From: Bacillota bacterium
Lineage (GTDB): Bacteria > Bacillota > Sulfobacillia > JAJZYS01 > JAJYTV01
Direction: 5' to 3'
NCBI GenBank assembly: GCA_021799275.1
Contig: JAJZAT010000008.1
Coordinates: 11,972-75,971 of the forward strand
DNA length: 64,000 bases
In this document: positions 30,072 to 38,858 of the stretch, piece after piece
Position numbering within the stretch: position 1 is the stretch's first letter
Layout of the letters: the number at the start of each line of letters is the position of its first letter
Made by a program: the position numbers and the translations under genes
Notes under the pieces: model-generated
Told to the model about the DNA's origin: nothing
The model's input: the letters and a program-made list of their open reading frames with translations, nothing else
Database searches by the model: none

Positions 30072-30980
30072 ATGTCGCTCATGCCACGCCGAGAAGCACC
30101 GCTGCACAGGCCGCAGGCCGAGCCGCGGTTCGAGAGCTACGCGCATCTCGTGTGGCGCCGTTTCCTGCGCCACAGGGTGGCCGTCGCCGCCGCGGTGGTA
30201 CTGCTCCTCATCATGCTGGCCGCCATCCTCGCGCCATGGGTCTCGCCTTACCAGCTCGGCCAGCCGGACCTCGCCGCCATGCTCGCCCCGCCGAGCCTGC
30301 ATCATCCCATGGGCACCGACGACCTCGGCATCGACCTCTTCACGGAGGTGCTGTTCGGCGGGCGCGTCTCGCTGAGCATCGGTGTCTTCGCCGCGCTCGT
30401 GGCCGTCGTCGTCGGAGGCGCGATCGGCTCGATTTCCGGATACTTCGGCAGCCTCGTCGACGCGCTCTTGATGCGCATCACCGACGTCGGCCTCTCGGTG
30501 CCGCTGCTCTTCGTCGTGCTGCTCCTCTCGCTGCTCATCGGGCCCACGCCGGTGAGCATCGTCACGATCATCGGACTGACGTCCTGGATGTACCCGGCAC
30601 GCATCGTGCGCAGCCAGTTCCTCACGCTGAAGAAGCGGGACTTCGTCGAGGCGGCGCGGGCCGTCGGGATGCCGAGCACCCGCATCATCCTGCGCGAGAT
30701 CTTTCCGAACGCCATGGCGCCCTTGATCGTCAACGCGACCCTGCTGGTGGGCCAGGCGATCATCCTCGAGTCCGTGATGAGCTTTCTCGGCGCCGGTCTC
30801 ACCCCGCCGAACATCTCCTGGGGCTACCTGCTGAACCAGGCGCAGTCCTTCACCACGAGCGCCCCCTGGCTCGCGATCTTCCCGGGCCTGATGATCTTCC
30901 TCGTCGTCCTGGCGGTGAACCTGGTCGGAGACGGGCTTAGGGACGCCCTGGACCCGACTTCGAGCCAACGCTCGCACTGA
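30072..30980 (+). CDS. peptide/nickel ABC transporter permease (DppC/OppC-like)
   Basis: 302 aa with 6 TM helices and the BPD_transp_1 EAA loop (FVEAARAVGM). Confidence 0.85.
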   Translation: MSLMPRREAPLHRPQAEPRFESYAHLVWRRFLRHRVAVAAAVVLLLIMLAAILAPWVSPYQLGQPDLAAMLAPPSLHHPMGTDDLGIDLFTEVLFGGRVSLSIGVFAALVAVVVGGAIGSISGYFGSLVDALLMRITDVGLSVPLLFVVLLLSLLIGPTPVSIVTIIGLTSWMYPARIVRSQFLTLKKRDFVEAARAVGMPSTRIILREIFPNAMAPLIVNATLLVGQAIILESVMSFLGAGLTPPNISWGYLLNQAQSFTTSAPWLAIFPGLMIFLVVLAVNLVGDGLRDALDPTSSQRSH

Positions 30981-31042
30981 AGGGGGGTGTCCAGGACCAG
31001 GCGGCCGAGAACCGCGGAACTTGAGTCATTGGAGGGCACGTC

Positions 31043-32677
31043 ATGCGCGACAAGTGGTGGAAGTCTCTGCTCAGCCCCCTGGCGGCAGCCGGTCTGCTTC
31101 TTGCCGTCGCCGCCCCCGCGATGGGGCCCGCCGCACAGGCGGCCGCGGCAGGCGGAAGCGGGACGATCGTGGACGGGCTCTACGAGGAGCCAGGCAACCT
31201 GAACCCCATCCTCGGCCCGGACATGACCTATTCCCAGATCGTCGACACCGCGATCTTCCGCAACCTCTTCATGATCACGCCGAAGGGCGTCATGGAGCCC
31301 GATCTGGCGTCCGTGGTCCCGACGGTGCAGAACGGTGGCATCTCCAAGAACGGCCTCGTCTACACCTTCCACATCAAGCCGAACGCGAACTGGACGGACG
31401 GGCAGCCCGTGAGCTGCCAGGACATCTACGAAACGTGGAAGGTCGTGACGAACCCGGCCGTGCTCGCCGTGACCCGCCTCGGCTGGGACGACGTCCAAAA
31501 CGTCAAGACGATCAGCCCGAAGGTCTGCCAGGTAGACCTCAAGAAGCCGTTCCCCGCCATCCTGATCGACGACTTTTCCGAAAATCTGCCGGGCCTCATC
31601 CCCTACTCGGTCTTCCACGGCATGACGGCGCCGGAGATCAACACGGCCTCCTTCAACCACGACCCGACGGTGACGGACGGCCCCTACATGTTCCAGTCCT
31701 GGGCCCCTGGGGCTTCGATCACCGTCGTGGCCAACCCGAACTGGTACGGGCCGAAGCCGAAGGAAAGCACCATCGTCTTCAAGATCATCCCCGACGAGAA
31801 CTCGCTGCTCGCCAACGCCCAGGCGCACCAGATCAACACCTACTACTTCGCTCCGATCGAGCAGGCGAAGCAGCTCAAGGCGATCTCCGGCGCGCACGTC
31901 TTCTTCACGCCGATGGCCGCCTGGGAATCCGCCGACATCAACTTCCGCAACCCGGCCCTCAGGGACCGCAACGTACGCGTCGCGCTCGAGATGGCAATCG
32001 ACCGCGAGGCCATCCTGAAGAAGATCTGGCTGGGCTACGGCGTGCTCTCGGCCGCCGACCAGCCGCCGATCATCTGGGCCAACAACCCGAAGCTGAAGCC
32101 TTACTCCTACGATCCCAAGGAGTCGAAGATCCTGCTCGACAAGGCAGGCTGGAAGATGGGCCCGGACGGCTACCGGCACAAGAACGGCAAGACGCTGCAG
32201 CTCGTCTACGCCACGACGTCCGGGAACCCATGGCGCGAGGCCACGGAGCGGCTCGTCCAGTACTGGTTCAAAGAGATCGGCGTGAAGATGGTCATCCACG
32301 ACTATCCCGCCAACGTGTACTTCGGCACGGTGCTGCCCTCCGGCAAGGGCTGGGACCTCGGCGAGTTCGAATGGACGGAGGGATACGACCCCGCCGCGTC
32401 GGAGGAGCAGCTCTACGAGAGCGGTGGCGCGCAGAACTACGGCAACTACTCGAACGCCAAGGTCGACAGGCTCCTGCATGAGCAGGACACGATGCTGAGC
32501 CAGTCGTCGCGCCAGACGGTGCTCCGCCAGGAGCAGGCCATCCTGCACCAGGACCTGCCGGCGCTCTGGTACTACACCCCGGACGAGATCGACGCAGCCA
32601 TCAACCTCAAGGGCTACCAGCCCGACCCCTGGTACGTCGAGACCTGGAACTGCTACGACTGGCAACTGACGCAGTGA
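31043..32677 (+). CDS. family-5 (peptide/nickel) ABC substrate-binding protein
   Basis: 544 aa, signal peptide, SBP_bac_5 architecture. It is encoded after the permeases, and no ATPase genes are adjacent. Confidence 0.85.
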   Translation: MRDKWWKSLLSPLAAAGLLLAVAAPAMGPAAQAAAAGGSGTIVDGLYEEPGNLNPILGPDMTYSQIVDTAIFRNLFMITPKGVMEPDLASVVPTVQNGGISKNGLVYTFHIKPNANWTDGQPVSCQDIYETWKVVTNPAVLAVTRLGWDDVQNVKTISPKVCQVDLKKPFPAILIDDFSENLPGLIPYSVFHGMTAPEINTASFNHDPTVTDGPYMFQSWAPGASITVVANPNWYGPKPKESTIVFKIIPDENSLLANAQAHQINTYYFAPIEQAKQLKAISGAHVFFTPMAAWESADINFRNPALRDRNVRVALEMAIDREAILKKIWLGYGVLSAADQPPIIWANNPKLKPYSYDPKESKILLDKAGWKMGPDGYRHKNGKTLQLVYATTSGNPWREATERLVQYWFKEIGVKMVIHDYPANVYFGTVLPSGKGWDLGEFEWTEGYDPAASEEQLYESGGAQNYGNYSNAKVDRLLHEQDTMLSQSSRQTVLRQEQAILHQDLPALWYYTPDEIDAAINLKGYQPDPWYVETWNCYDWQLTQ

Positions 32678-32822
32678 CCCCTGTCCCGTCTCCCCAGGAA
32701 GGCGCCCGCCGCTTGCGCGGGCGCCTTCCCCATTGCCCCGGCCGACCTGTCACGCCATGCTGACCCAACCCTGCCGCTCGGCTACAATATGTCCCAGACA
32801 GAGGGCGGAGGGGGCCGTTGCG

Positions 32823-33497
32823 ATGCGTGTCCTGGTGGTGGAGGACGATCCTTCCCTGGGCGCCACCTTGCGCCTTGGGCTGACGTCCGAAGGCTTCGAG
32901 CCCACGATCACCGGCTCGGTCGCCGACACGCTGGCGCTACTCGAGCGCAGCACCTTCCAGCTGGCCCTGGTCGACGTCAACCTGCCGGATGGATCCGGCT
33001 TCGCCCTGGTGCCCCGCCTCAAGGACCGCGGCATCATGGTGATCATGCTGACCGCCCGCGGCAGCGTTCCCGACCGCGTGCACGGCTTCGAGCTGGGCGC
33101 GGACGACTACGTCGCGAAGCCCTTTGCGTTCGAGGAACTCGTGATGCGCATGCGCGCCGTCGCTCGCAGGCCCGTCCCGGAGGACAAGCTGCCGGTGCTG
33201 AGCTTCGCCGACGTCGAGGTGCACCTCGAGCGCCAGCAGGCGCTGCGCGCCGGGCAACCGCTCGATCTCACCCGGCGCGAATACGACCTGCTCTGCTTCT
33301 TCCTGCGCAACCAGCGCCGTGTCCTGACCCGCGAGCAGATCCTCGAGCGCGTCTGGGGCTTCGACGCGGAGGTCGGCGAAGGTGTGCTCGACGTGTACAT
33401 CAGCTACCTCCGGCGTAAACTCGAAGCTCTCGGGCCGCGTCTAATCCACACGGTGCGCGGCTTCGGCTACCGCCTGGACGAGCATGGCGAAGGCTGA
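32823..33497 (+). CDS. OmpR-family response regulator
   Basis: ATG at 32823 follows GGAGGG. The receiver domain begins MRVLVVEDD, has D in LVDVNLPDG and K in the KP motif, and is followed by a winged-helix domain (LTRREYDLL). Confidence 0.85.
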   Translation: MRVLVVEDDPSLGATLRLGLTSEGFEPTITGSVADTLALLERSTFQLALVDVNLPDGSGFALVPRLKDRGIMVIMLTARGSVPDRVHGFELGADDYVAKPFAFEELVMRMRAVARRPVPEDKLPVLSFADVEVHLERQQALRAGQPLDLTRREYDLLCFFLRNQRRVLTREQILERVWGFDAEVGEGVLDVYISYLRRKLEALGPRLIHTVRGFGYRLDEHGEG

Positions 33498-34767
33498 ACG
33501 CCGCCTGCACAGCCTGAGCCGCCGCCTGCTGGTGGCCATGGTGGCGCTGGTTGGCGCATCCCTCCTGCTGGCAGACTTCGGCGCCGTCTATTTCCTGCGC
33601 AGCGTGCTCGTGCGCAACCTGCAGACCCAGCTCGTGGCCTCGGCCCACTCCACGGTGGGCTTCTACCTGCATACGGGTGCGGTGCCGGCCCGCCTGCCGC
33701 TCGGCGAGTCGATCGCCATCTACGGCCCGGGCGGCCACAGGGCTTTCTCGGTCGGGGACGTGCCGGGGACACCGCCGCCGCTCGGCGTGAGCCAGCAGTC
33801 GCGCAGTCTCCGCTACACGTTCCCGGTGCCGGGCGGCCTGTTCCTCGAGCAGATCAACATGACGAGCGTCGATCGGCCGGTGCACATCCTCGAGGGCGTC
33901 CTCGCGCTCGTGACGCTCGCCGCCGTGCTGCTGGCGGCCCTCGTCGCCGAGGGCGTGGCACGGGGCCTGACGGCGCCACTCTCCTCGCTCTCGGCGGAAG
34001 CCACGCGCATCAGCGAAACGGGGGACCTCGAGACCAGCCTGCCGACGAGCCATGGCGTGCGCGAGATCCGAGATCTCGCCGAAGCCCTGCAGCATATGCT
34101 CAGCCGCCTTGGCCAGATGTTCGGGGCCCTCGAAGCCTCCGAGCAGCGCGAGCGGGCTCTGCGCGAGATGACCCTGCACGACCTCAGGACACCCCTATCG
34201 ACGGTGCTGGGCACCCTCGAGCTTCTCGCCGGCGGCCGTCTCAAGGGCAACGCCGCGGTGGAGGCCGCGGCGCTCGCGCAGCGCGAGGCCGCGCGGCTCG
34301 CGGCCCGCATCCGCGATCTCGACGCGAAGGAGGCCGAGGCCCTCTCGGACCTCGCCCAGGCGGTGCGCCGCGCCGCACGCGGCCACCACCTCTCGGAGGG
34401 AGCGCAAGAAACCTGGATCGGCGCGCCCGCCGCGGAGGTCGGGCAGGTCCTCGACCTCCTCGTCGACAACGCGGTGCGTCACAATCCGGAGGGCACCGAG
34501 ATCGAGCTCGGCTGGCGGCAGGACGAGGACATGGCCGTGGCATGGGTCCGAGACCACGGCGTGGGCATGAGCGTGGAGACGGCCGAGCACGCGTTCGAGC
34601 GCTTCTACCGCGGCGACAGGGCGGGCGGGCTCGGGCTCGGGCTCTCGCTCGCCCGCGTACTCGTAGAGTCCAGGGGCGGCACGGTTACGCTTGAGACGAG
34701 CCAGGGGCACGGCACGACCGTGGAAGTGCGCTGGCCCATCGCGCCGCCAGCCGAGACCGAGGCCTAG
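33484..34767 (+). CDS. sensor histidine kinase
   Basis: Two TM helices flank a ~110-aa periplasmic loop, then HAMP, HisKA (LHDLRTPL) and HATPase_c (GLGLGLSLA) domains. Overlaps the response-regulator gene by 14 nt. Confidence 0.8.
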   Translation: MAKAERRLHSLSRRLLVAMVALVGASLLLADFGAVYFLRSVLVRNLQTQLVASAHSTVGFYLHTGAVPARLPLGESIAIYGPGGHRAFSVGDVPGTPPPLGVSQQSRSLRYTFPVPGGLFLEQINMTSVDRPVHILEGVLALVTLAAVLLAALVAEGVARGLTAPLSSLSAEATRISETGDLETSLPTSHGVREIRDLAEALQHMLSRLGQMFGALEASEQRERALREMTLHDLRTPLSTVLGTLELLAGGRLKGNAAVEAAALAQREAARLAARIRDLDAKEAEALSDLAQAVRRAARGHHLSEGAQETWIGAPAAEVGQVLDLLVDNAVRHNPEGTEIELGWRQDEDMAVAWVRDHGVGMSVETAEHAFERFYRGDRAGGLGLGLSLARVLVESRGGTVTLETSQGHGTTVEVRWPIAPPAETEA

Positions 34768-34860
34768 GCAAGGGGCCCGGAGGTTCCTTCCAGCGCAGCG
34801 AACGGCGGATGCGGGCATGCTTTGCACGTATCCCAGTTCCAAGCCAAGGGAGGAGACGAA

Positions 34861-35487
34861 TTGAAGCACGGCACGCGCTGGCTCGGCCTGCTGCTCGCCC
34901 TGCCGCTCGCCCTGAGCAGCGTGGCGATGGCGGCCGCTGCCCCCGCGCAGGGCAACCACGCCCGCAAGAGTTTCATCTCGGATGTCGCGCGGCACCTGGG
35001 CGTTTCCGAGCGCAAGCTGAAGGACGCCGTCACGCAGGCGCGCCTCGACAGGGTCCGCGGTCTCTTGCAGGAAGGAAAGATCACCCAAAGCCAGGCCTCC
35101 GAGCTCGAACGGCAGATCAAGATCGGCCGGAGCGGCATGCGCGGCATGCACCACCATGGCCGGACGCTCGGTCAGACCATGATGGTGGTGGACGCCGCAA
35201 CCTATCTCGGGCTCACGCCGGACGCCCTCGTCACGCGCCTGAGCCAGGGCGAGACGCCCGCGGCCGTCGCGACCGCCCAGGGCAAGACGGCCGCGGGGCT
35301 CGAAGCGGCGCTCTTGGCGGGAGCCAGGCAGCGTGCCGACCTGGCGGTCAAGTCGGGTCATCTGACGCAGCAGCAGGCGCAGGCGCTAGAGTCCCGCCTC
35401 GCGCAGCACGTCCACAGCTTCGTCAGCGGCGAGTGGCAGAAGGCCAGAGGACCAAAGCCTGTGGCGCCCCCGACAAGCCCCGCGTAA
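34861..35487 (+). CDS. periplasmic LTXXQ-motif protein (CpxP/Spy family)
   Basis: TTG at 34861 follows GGAGGAG. Signal peptide LLLALPLALSSVAMAAA. Two LTXXQ-type motifs (KITQSQASELERQ and HLTQQQAQALESRL) in a helical Gln/Ala-rich protein. Confidence 0.5.
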   Translation: MKHGTRWLGLLLALPLALSSVAMAAAAPAQGNHARKSFISDVARHLGVSERKLKDAVTQARLDRVRGLLQEGKITQSQASELERQIKIGRSGMRGMHHHGRTLGQTMMVVDAATYLGLTPDALVTRLSQGETPAAVATAQGKTAAGLEAALLAGARQRADLAVKSGHLTQQQAQALESRLAQHVHSFVSGEWQKARGPKPVAPPTSPA

Positions 35488-35604
35488 GGCGCATCCACGT
35501 GAGACGGCGGCAGGTCTTCGGACCAGCCGCCGTCGCGCTGCCTGCAGGACGCGGCCCGAGGCTGAAGAACTTGGGGCCACAAGCAGTCCCGGGGGAGTAG
35601 GGGC

Positions 35605-36396
35605 ATGGCCGAGCAGGCACTCGAGGGTCGGCGCGCGCTCGTAAGCGGCGCCGCGAGCGGCATCGGCTACGCGGTGGCGGAGACCCTGGCACGGCAGGGG
35701 GCCCGGGTGATGGTCGCCGATCTGCGGGGCGATGCCGCACACGAGGCGGCCAAGGCGATTCAGGTGGCCAGCGGCGCCGAGACGCGGGCGATCCAGGCGG
35801 ACGCCGCGCGGGAAGAGGACGTGCGCAAAGCCATCGATCAGATGCAGGAGCGTTTCGGCGGCATCGACATCCTGGTCTCCAACGCGGGCCGGCAGCATGT
35901 CGCCATGATCGAGGACTTCCCGGTCGACACCTTCCGGGCCATCGTCGACCTGATGCTGATCGGGCCCTTTCTGGCGCTCAAGTACGCCCTGCCGCTGATG
36001 CGCGCGCAGCGCTCCGGCCGCATCCTGCACATGGCCTCGATCAACGGCCTTGTCGGCTTCGCCGGCAAGGCCGCCTACAATTCGGCGAAACACGGTCTCC
36101 TCGGGCTCACCAAGGTGGCCGCCCTCGAGTGCGCCGCAGACGGCGTCACCGTCAATGCGATCTGCCCCGGCTACGTCGACACGCCGCTCGTGCGCGGCCA
36201 GCTCGAGGATCTGGCGGCGACGCGCGGCGTGCCGGTGGAACGGGTCCTGGAGGAGGTCATCTACCCGCTCGTGCCCCAGCGGCGCCTGCTGCAGCCCGCC
36301 GAGGTGGCGGCCTATGCCGCCTTCCTCTGCTCCGACGCCGCGGCGGGCGTTACTGGCCAGGCGGTCGTGATCGACGGAGGCTACCTGGCGCAGTAG
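35605..36396 (+). CDS. short-chain dehydrogenase/reductase, 3-hydroxybutyrate-dehydrogenase-like
   Basis: VSGAASGIGYA (TGxxxGIG) and the catalytic YNSAKHG motif. 263 aa. Confidence 0.8.
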   Translation: MAEQALEGRRALVSGAASGIGYAVAETLARQGARVMVADLRGDAAHEAAKAIQVASGAETRAIQADAAREEDVRKAIDQMQERFGGIDILVSNAGRQHVAMIEDFPVDTFRAIVDLMLIGPFLALKYALPLMRAQRSGRILHMASINGLVGFAGKAAYNSAKHGLLGLTKVAALECAADGVTVNAICPGYVDTPLVRGQLEDLAATRGVPVERVLEEVIYPLVPQRRLLQPAEVAAYAAFLCSDAAAGVTGQAVVIDGGYLAQ

Positions 36397-36411
36397 CGCT
36401 CGAGGTAGCCT

Positions 36412-37194
36412 TCAGGACCGGTCGCTCCAGGCCGGCTGGCGCTTTTCGAGGAACGCGGCGATGCCTTCCTTGGCGTCCGGCAGCCCGGCCTCCCCCACCA
36501 TGACCTGCGTCGCGAAGGCCAGCGCCGCGGCGTCGTCCATGCTCAGTTGGCGGTAGAAGGCGGCCTTGCCCTGGCCGAGCGTCGCGAGGCTGTAGGCCGC
36601 CACCTGGCGCGCCAGCCGCAGGGTTTCCTCGACCAGCGCGTCGGGTGGCACCACCCGGTTGACGAGGCCGAAGCGCTCCGCGTCCTCGGCCGACATGTAG
36701 TCGCCCGTGAAGAGCATCTCGGCGGCCTTCTTGCGCGGCACGGCGCGTCCCAGGAACACGGATGGCGTCGTGCAGAAGAAGCCGATCTTCACCCCTGGCG
36801 TCGCGAACTTCGCCGCCGTCGCCGCCACCGCCAGATCGGCTGCCGCGACGAGCTGGCAGCCGGCGGCGGTGGCGATGCCGTGCACCTCCGCGATCACCAC
36901 CTGCGGCATGCGGCGGATGGTCCCGAACGCGTCCTCGCAGACGCGGAACAGCTTGAGGATCTCTGGTGTGCCGCCCTCCCTGACCTCCTTGAGGTCATGG
37001 CCGGAACTGAACACCGTGCCAGCGCCGCGCAGTACGACGACGTTCACCTTGCCCTCGGCCGCGATCGTCTTCAGCACCTCGTCCAGGTCCCGCAGCATCT
37101 CGGTCGAGAGGGCGTTGCGCTTTTCCGGATGGTTCAGGGTGACGATGCCGATCCGCTCATGTTCCCGCTGTGCGTCATACGTGACCTTCTCCAC
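36412..37194 (-). CDS. enoyl-CoA hydratase/isomerase (crotonase fold)
   Basis: 260 aa. IGIVTLNHPEKRNALS and GAGTVFSSGHDLKE motifs. Confidence 0.8.
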   Translation of the reverse strand: MEKVTYDAQREHERIGIVTLNHPEKRNALSTEMLRDLDEVLKTIAAEGKVNVVVLRGAGTVFSSGHDLKEVREGGTPEILKLFRVCEDAFGTIRRMPQVVIAEVHGIATAAGCQLVAAADLAVAATAAKFATPGVKIGFFCTTPSVFLGRAVPRKKAAEMLFTGDYMSAEDAERFGLVNRVVPPDALVEETLRLARQVAAYSLATLGQGKAAFYRQLSMDDAAALAFATQVMVGEAGLPDAKEGIAAFLEKRQPAWSDRS

Positions 37195-37262
37195 GAGCGA
37201 CCCTCCCGCTGCATGCCTGTCACCTTGACGCTACGCCATCGCGACAGGATGCGGAAGTGTCT

Positions 37263-38576
37263 TCACGTCTCGTTCGCGATCTCCTCGAGCGTCAGCCCTC
37301 GCGTCTCCCTGCCCACCAGCGCCGAGGCGACGAGCGCGACGAGCTGCGCCGCCGCGAAGATCGTGAAGATGCCGACGGTGCCGAGATGGTCCGTGAGGAG
37401 GTAACCGACCAGAAGCGGTCCGGCGACGCCGCCGATCCGGCCGACGCCCATGGCGAAGCCGTTGCCGCGCGCGCGAATCAGCGTCGGATACTGCTCACTC
37501 GTGTAGGCGTAGGTGGCTCCCCAGGCACCGAGGTTCATGAAACCCAGGATGCACCCGAACAGCAACACCTGGCCGGAGTTGGCCGCGAAGCCGAAGGCGG
37601 TCGCCGCGCCGGCCGCGAGCAGCAGGTACGTCAGGAGCACGGGGCGCCGGCCCCACCGCTCGACGAGCCACGCGGCGGAGAGGTAGCCGGGGATCTCGCA
37701 GAGGGTGACGAGCAGCACGTAGAGGAAGCTGTGCACGAGGGTCATGCCGCGCAGGGCGAGCACGGACGGCAGCCAGAGGAACATGCCGTAGTAGGCGAAG
37801 TTCATCATCAGCCAGAGAATCCAGAGTGAAATGGTGGTCCGGCGGTGCTCAGGCCCGAGGAGCCTCTTGAGCGGCACCTTCTCGGAAAGCGGGGAGCGGC
37901 TCGCCGACGCCGGACGTTCTCCGCTCGCCATCCGTGTCACGAGGGCCGCCTCGTCACGGGCGCCGACCTGCCAGAGATACCGCGGCGACTCCGGGATGCC
38001 ACGGCGCAGATAGATGGTGTAGAGCGCCGGGAGGGCGCCGATGAAAAAGCCGATCCGCCAGCCGAACTCCGGGATGAGGAAGTAGGCGAGCACCGCCGCC
38101 ACGAGCGAGCCGAGGGCCCAGAAACTCTCGAGCCAGACGACGCCCCTGCCGCGCACGCCGGACGGCAGGAACTCCGCGACGAGGGTGGTCGTGACCGGCA
38201 GTTCCCCACCGAGCCCGAGGCCGACGACGAAGCGCATGACGATCAGGAACAGGGCGGAGGTGGCGAGACCGGCGACACCTGTGGCGATGCTGTAGAGCAC
38301 CAACGTCCAGAGGAAGACCGTCCTGCGCCCGTACCGGTCCGCAAAGCTGCCGGCCAGGGCCGCCCCCACCGCCATGCCGACCAGGTTGATGCTGCCCATG
38401 ACCCCGATCGTCAGCGGTCCGAGCTTCCAGGCCAGGATCAGGGCGGCCATAACGAACGAGAGAATGCCCACGTCCATGGCATCGAACAGAATCCCGAGTC
38501 CCCCTACGACGATCAGCCGACGATGAAACGGGCCGAGCCGCATCGCATCGAGACGTCTGCGCACGTCAACGCTCAT
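37263..38576 (-). CDS. MFS transporter (metabolite:H+ symporter / aromatic-acid transporter-like)
   Basis: ATG at 38576 follows AAAGGAGAGAGG. 12 TM helices and the GRR/DRYGRR MFS motifs. The 46 N-terminal codons in the ORF table were rejected. Confidence 0.8.
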   Translation of the reverse strand: MSVDVRRRLDAMRLGPFHRRLIVVGGLGILFDAMDVGILSFVMAALILAWKLGPLTIGVMGSINLVGMAVGAALAGSFADRYGRRTVFLWTLVLYSIATGVAGLATSALFLIVMRFVVGLGLGGELPVTTTLVAEFLPSGVRGRGVVWLESFWALGSLVAAVLAYFLIPEFGWRIGFFIGALPALYTIYLRRGIPESPRYLWQVGARDEAALVTRMASGERPASASRSPLSEKVPLKRLLGPEHRRTTISLWILWLMMNFAYYGMFLWLPSVLALRGMTLVHSFLYVLLVTLCEIPGYLSAAWLVERWGRRPVLLTYLLLAAGAATAFGFAANSGQVLLFGCILGFMNLGAWGATYAYTSEQYPTLIRARGNGFAMGVGRIGGVAGPLLVGYLLTDHLGTVGIFTIFAAAQLVALVASALVGRETRGLTLEEIANET

Positions 38577-38642
38577 AGCCTCTCTCCTTTCCAGAGCCAT
38601 GGCTATGCAGGGCGGCGAAAACGGCCACCGTGGGCGCCCCAA

Positions 38643-38686
38643 GGACCGCGCCGCACGGCTTTCGCAGGACCCGTGCGGCGCGGTCC
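38643..38686. repeat. 16-bp perfect inverted repeat in the divergent MFS/codA promoter region
   Basis: GGACCGCGCCGCACGG-N12-CCGTGCGGCGCGGTCC, flanked by the direct repeat CCCCAAGG on both sides (38633-38700). Confidence 0.45.
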
Positions 38687-38858
38687 GGCCCCAAGGCCAC
38701 CGGGCTTTGGGCATGAGCTGTCATGGAATGCCGCCAAGCTGTCGTGCGGCTGCGAATGCCACGGCTCAGGTAGGATCACCGTGCGCGCTATAGAATCCCA
38801 TCTCCCAGATTCCGGCCGGCGAACCGGCCAGAAGGAGAGAAGGCCTATCTTCGATCTG

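Noticed and set aside
30824-32665. 613-aa minus-strand ORF
   Set aside because: Antisense to the peptide-binding-protein gene; Arg/Val/Gly-rich artefact.
37845-38858. N-terminal 338-codon extension of the codA reading frame
   Set aside because: It runs antisense through the MFS gene with a junk translation (…EGGRDRQFPTEPEADDEAHDDQEQGGGG…). CodA homology begins only at ~38850.
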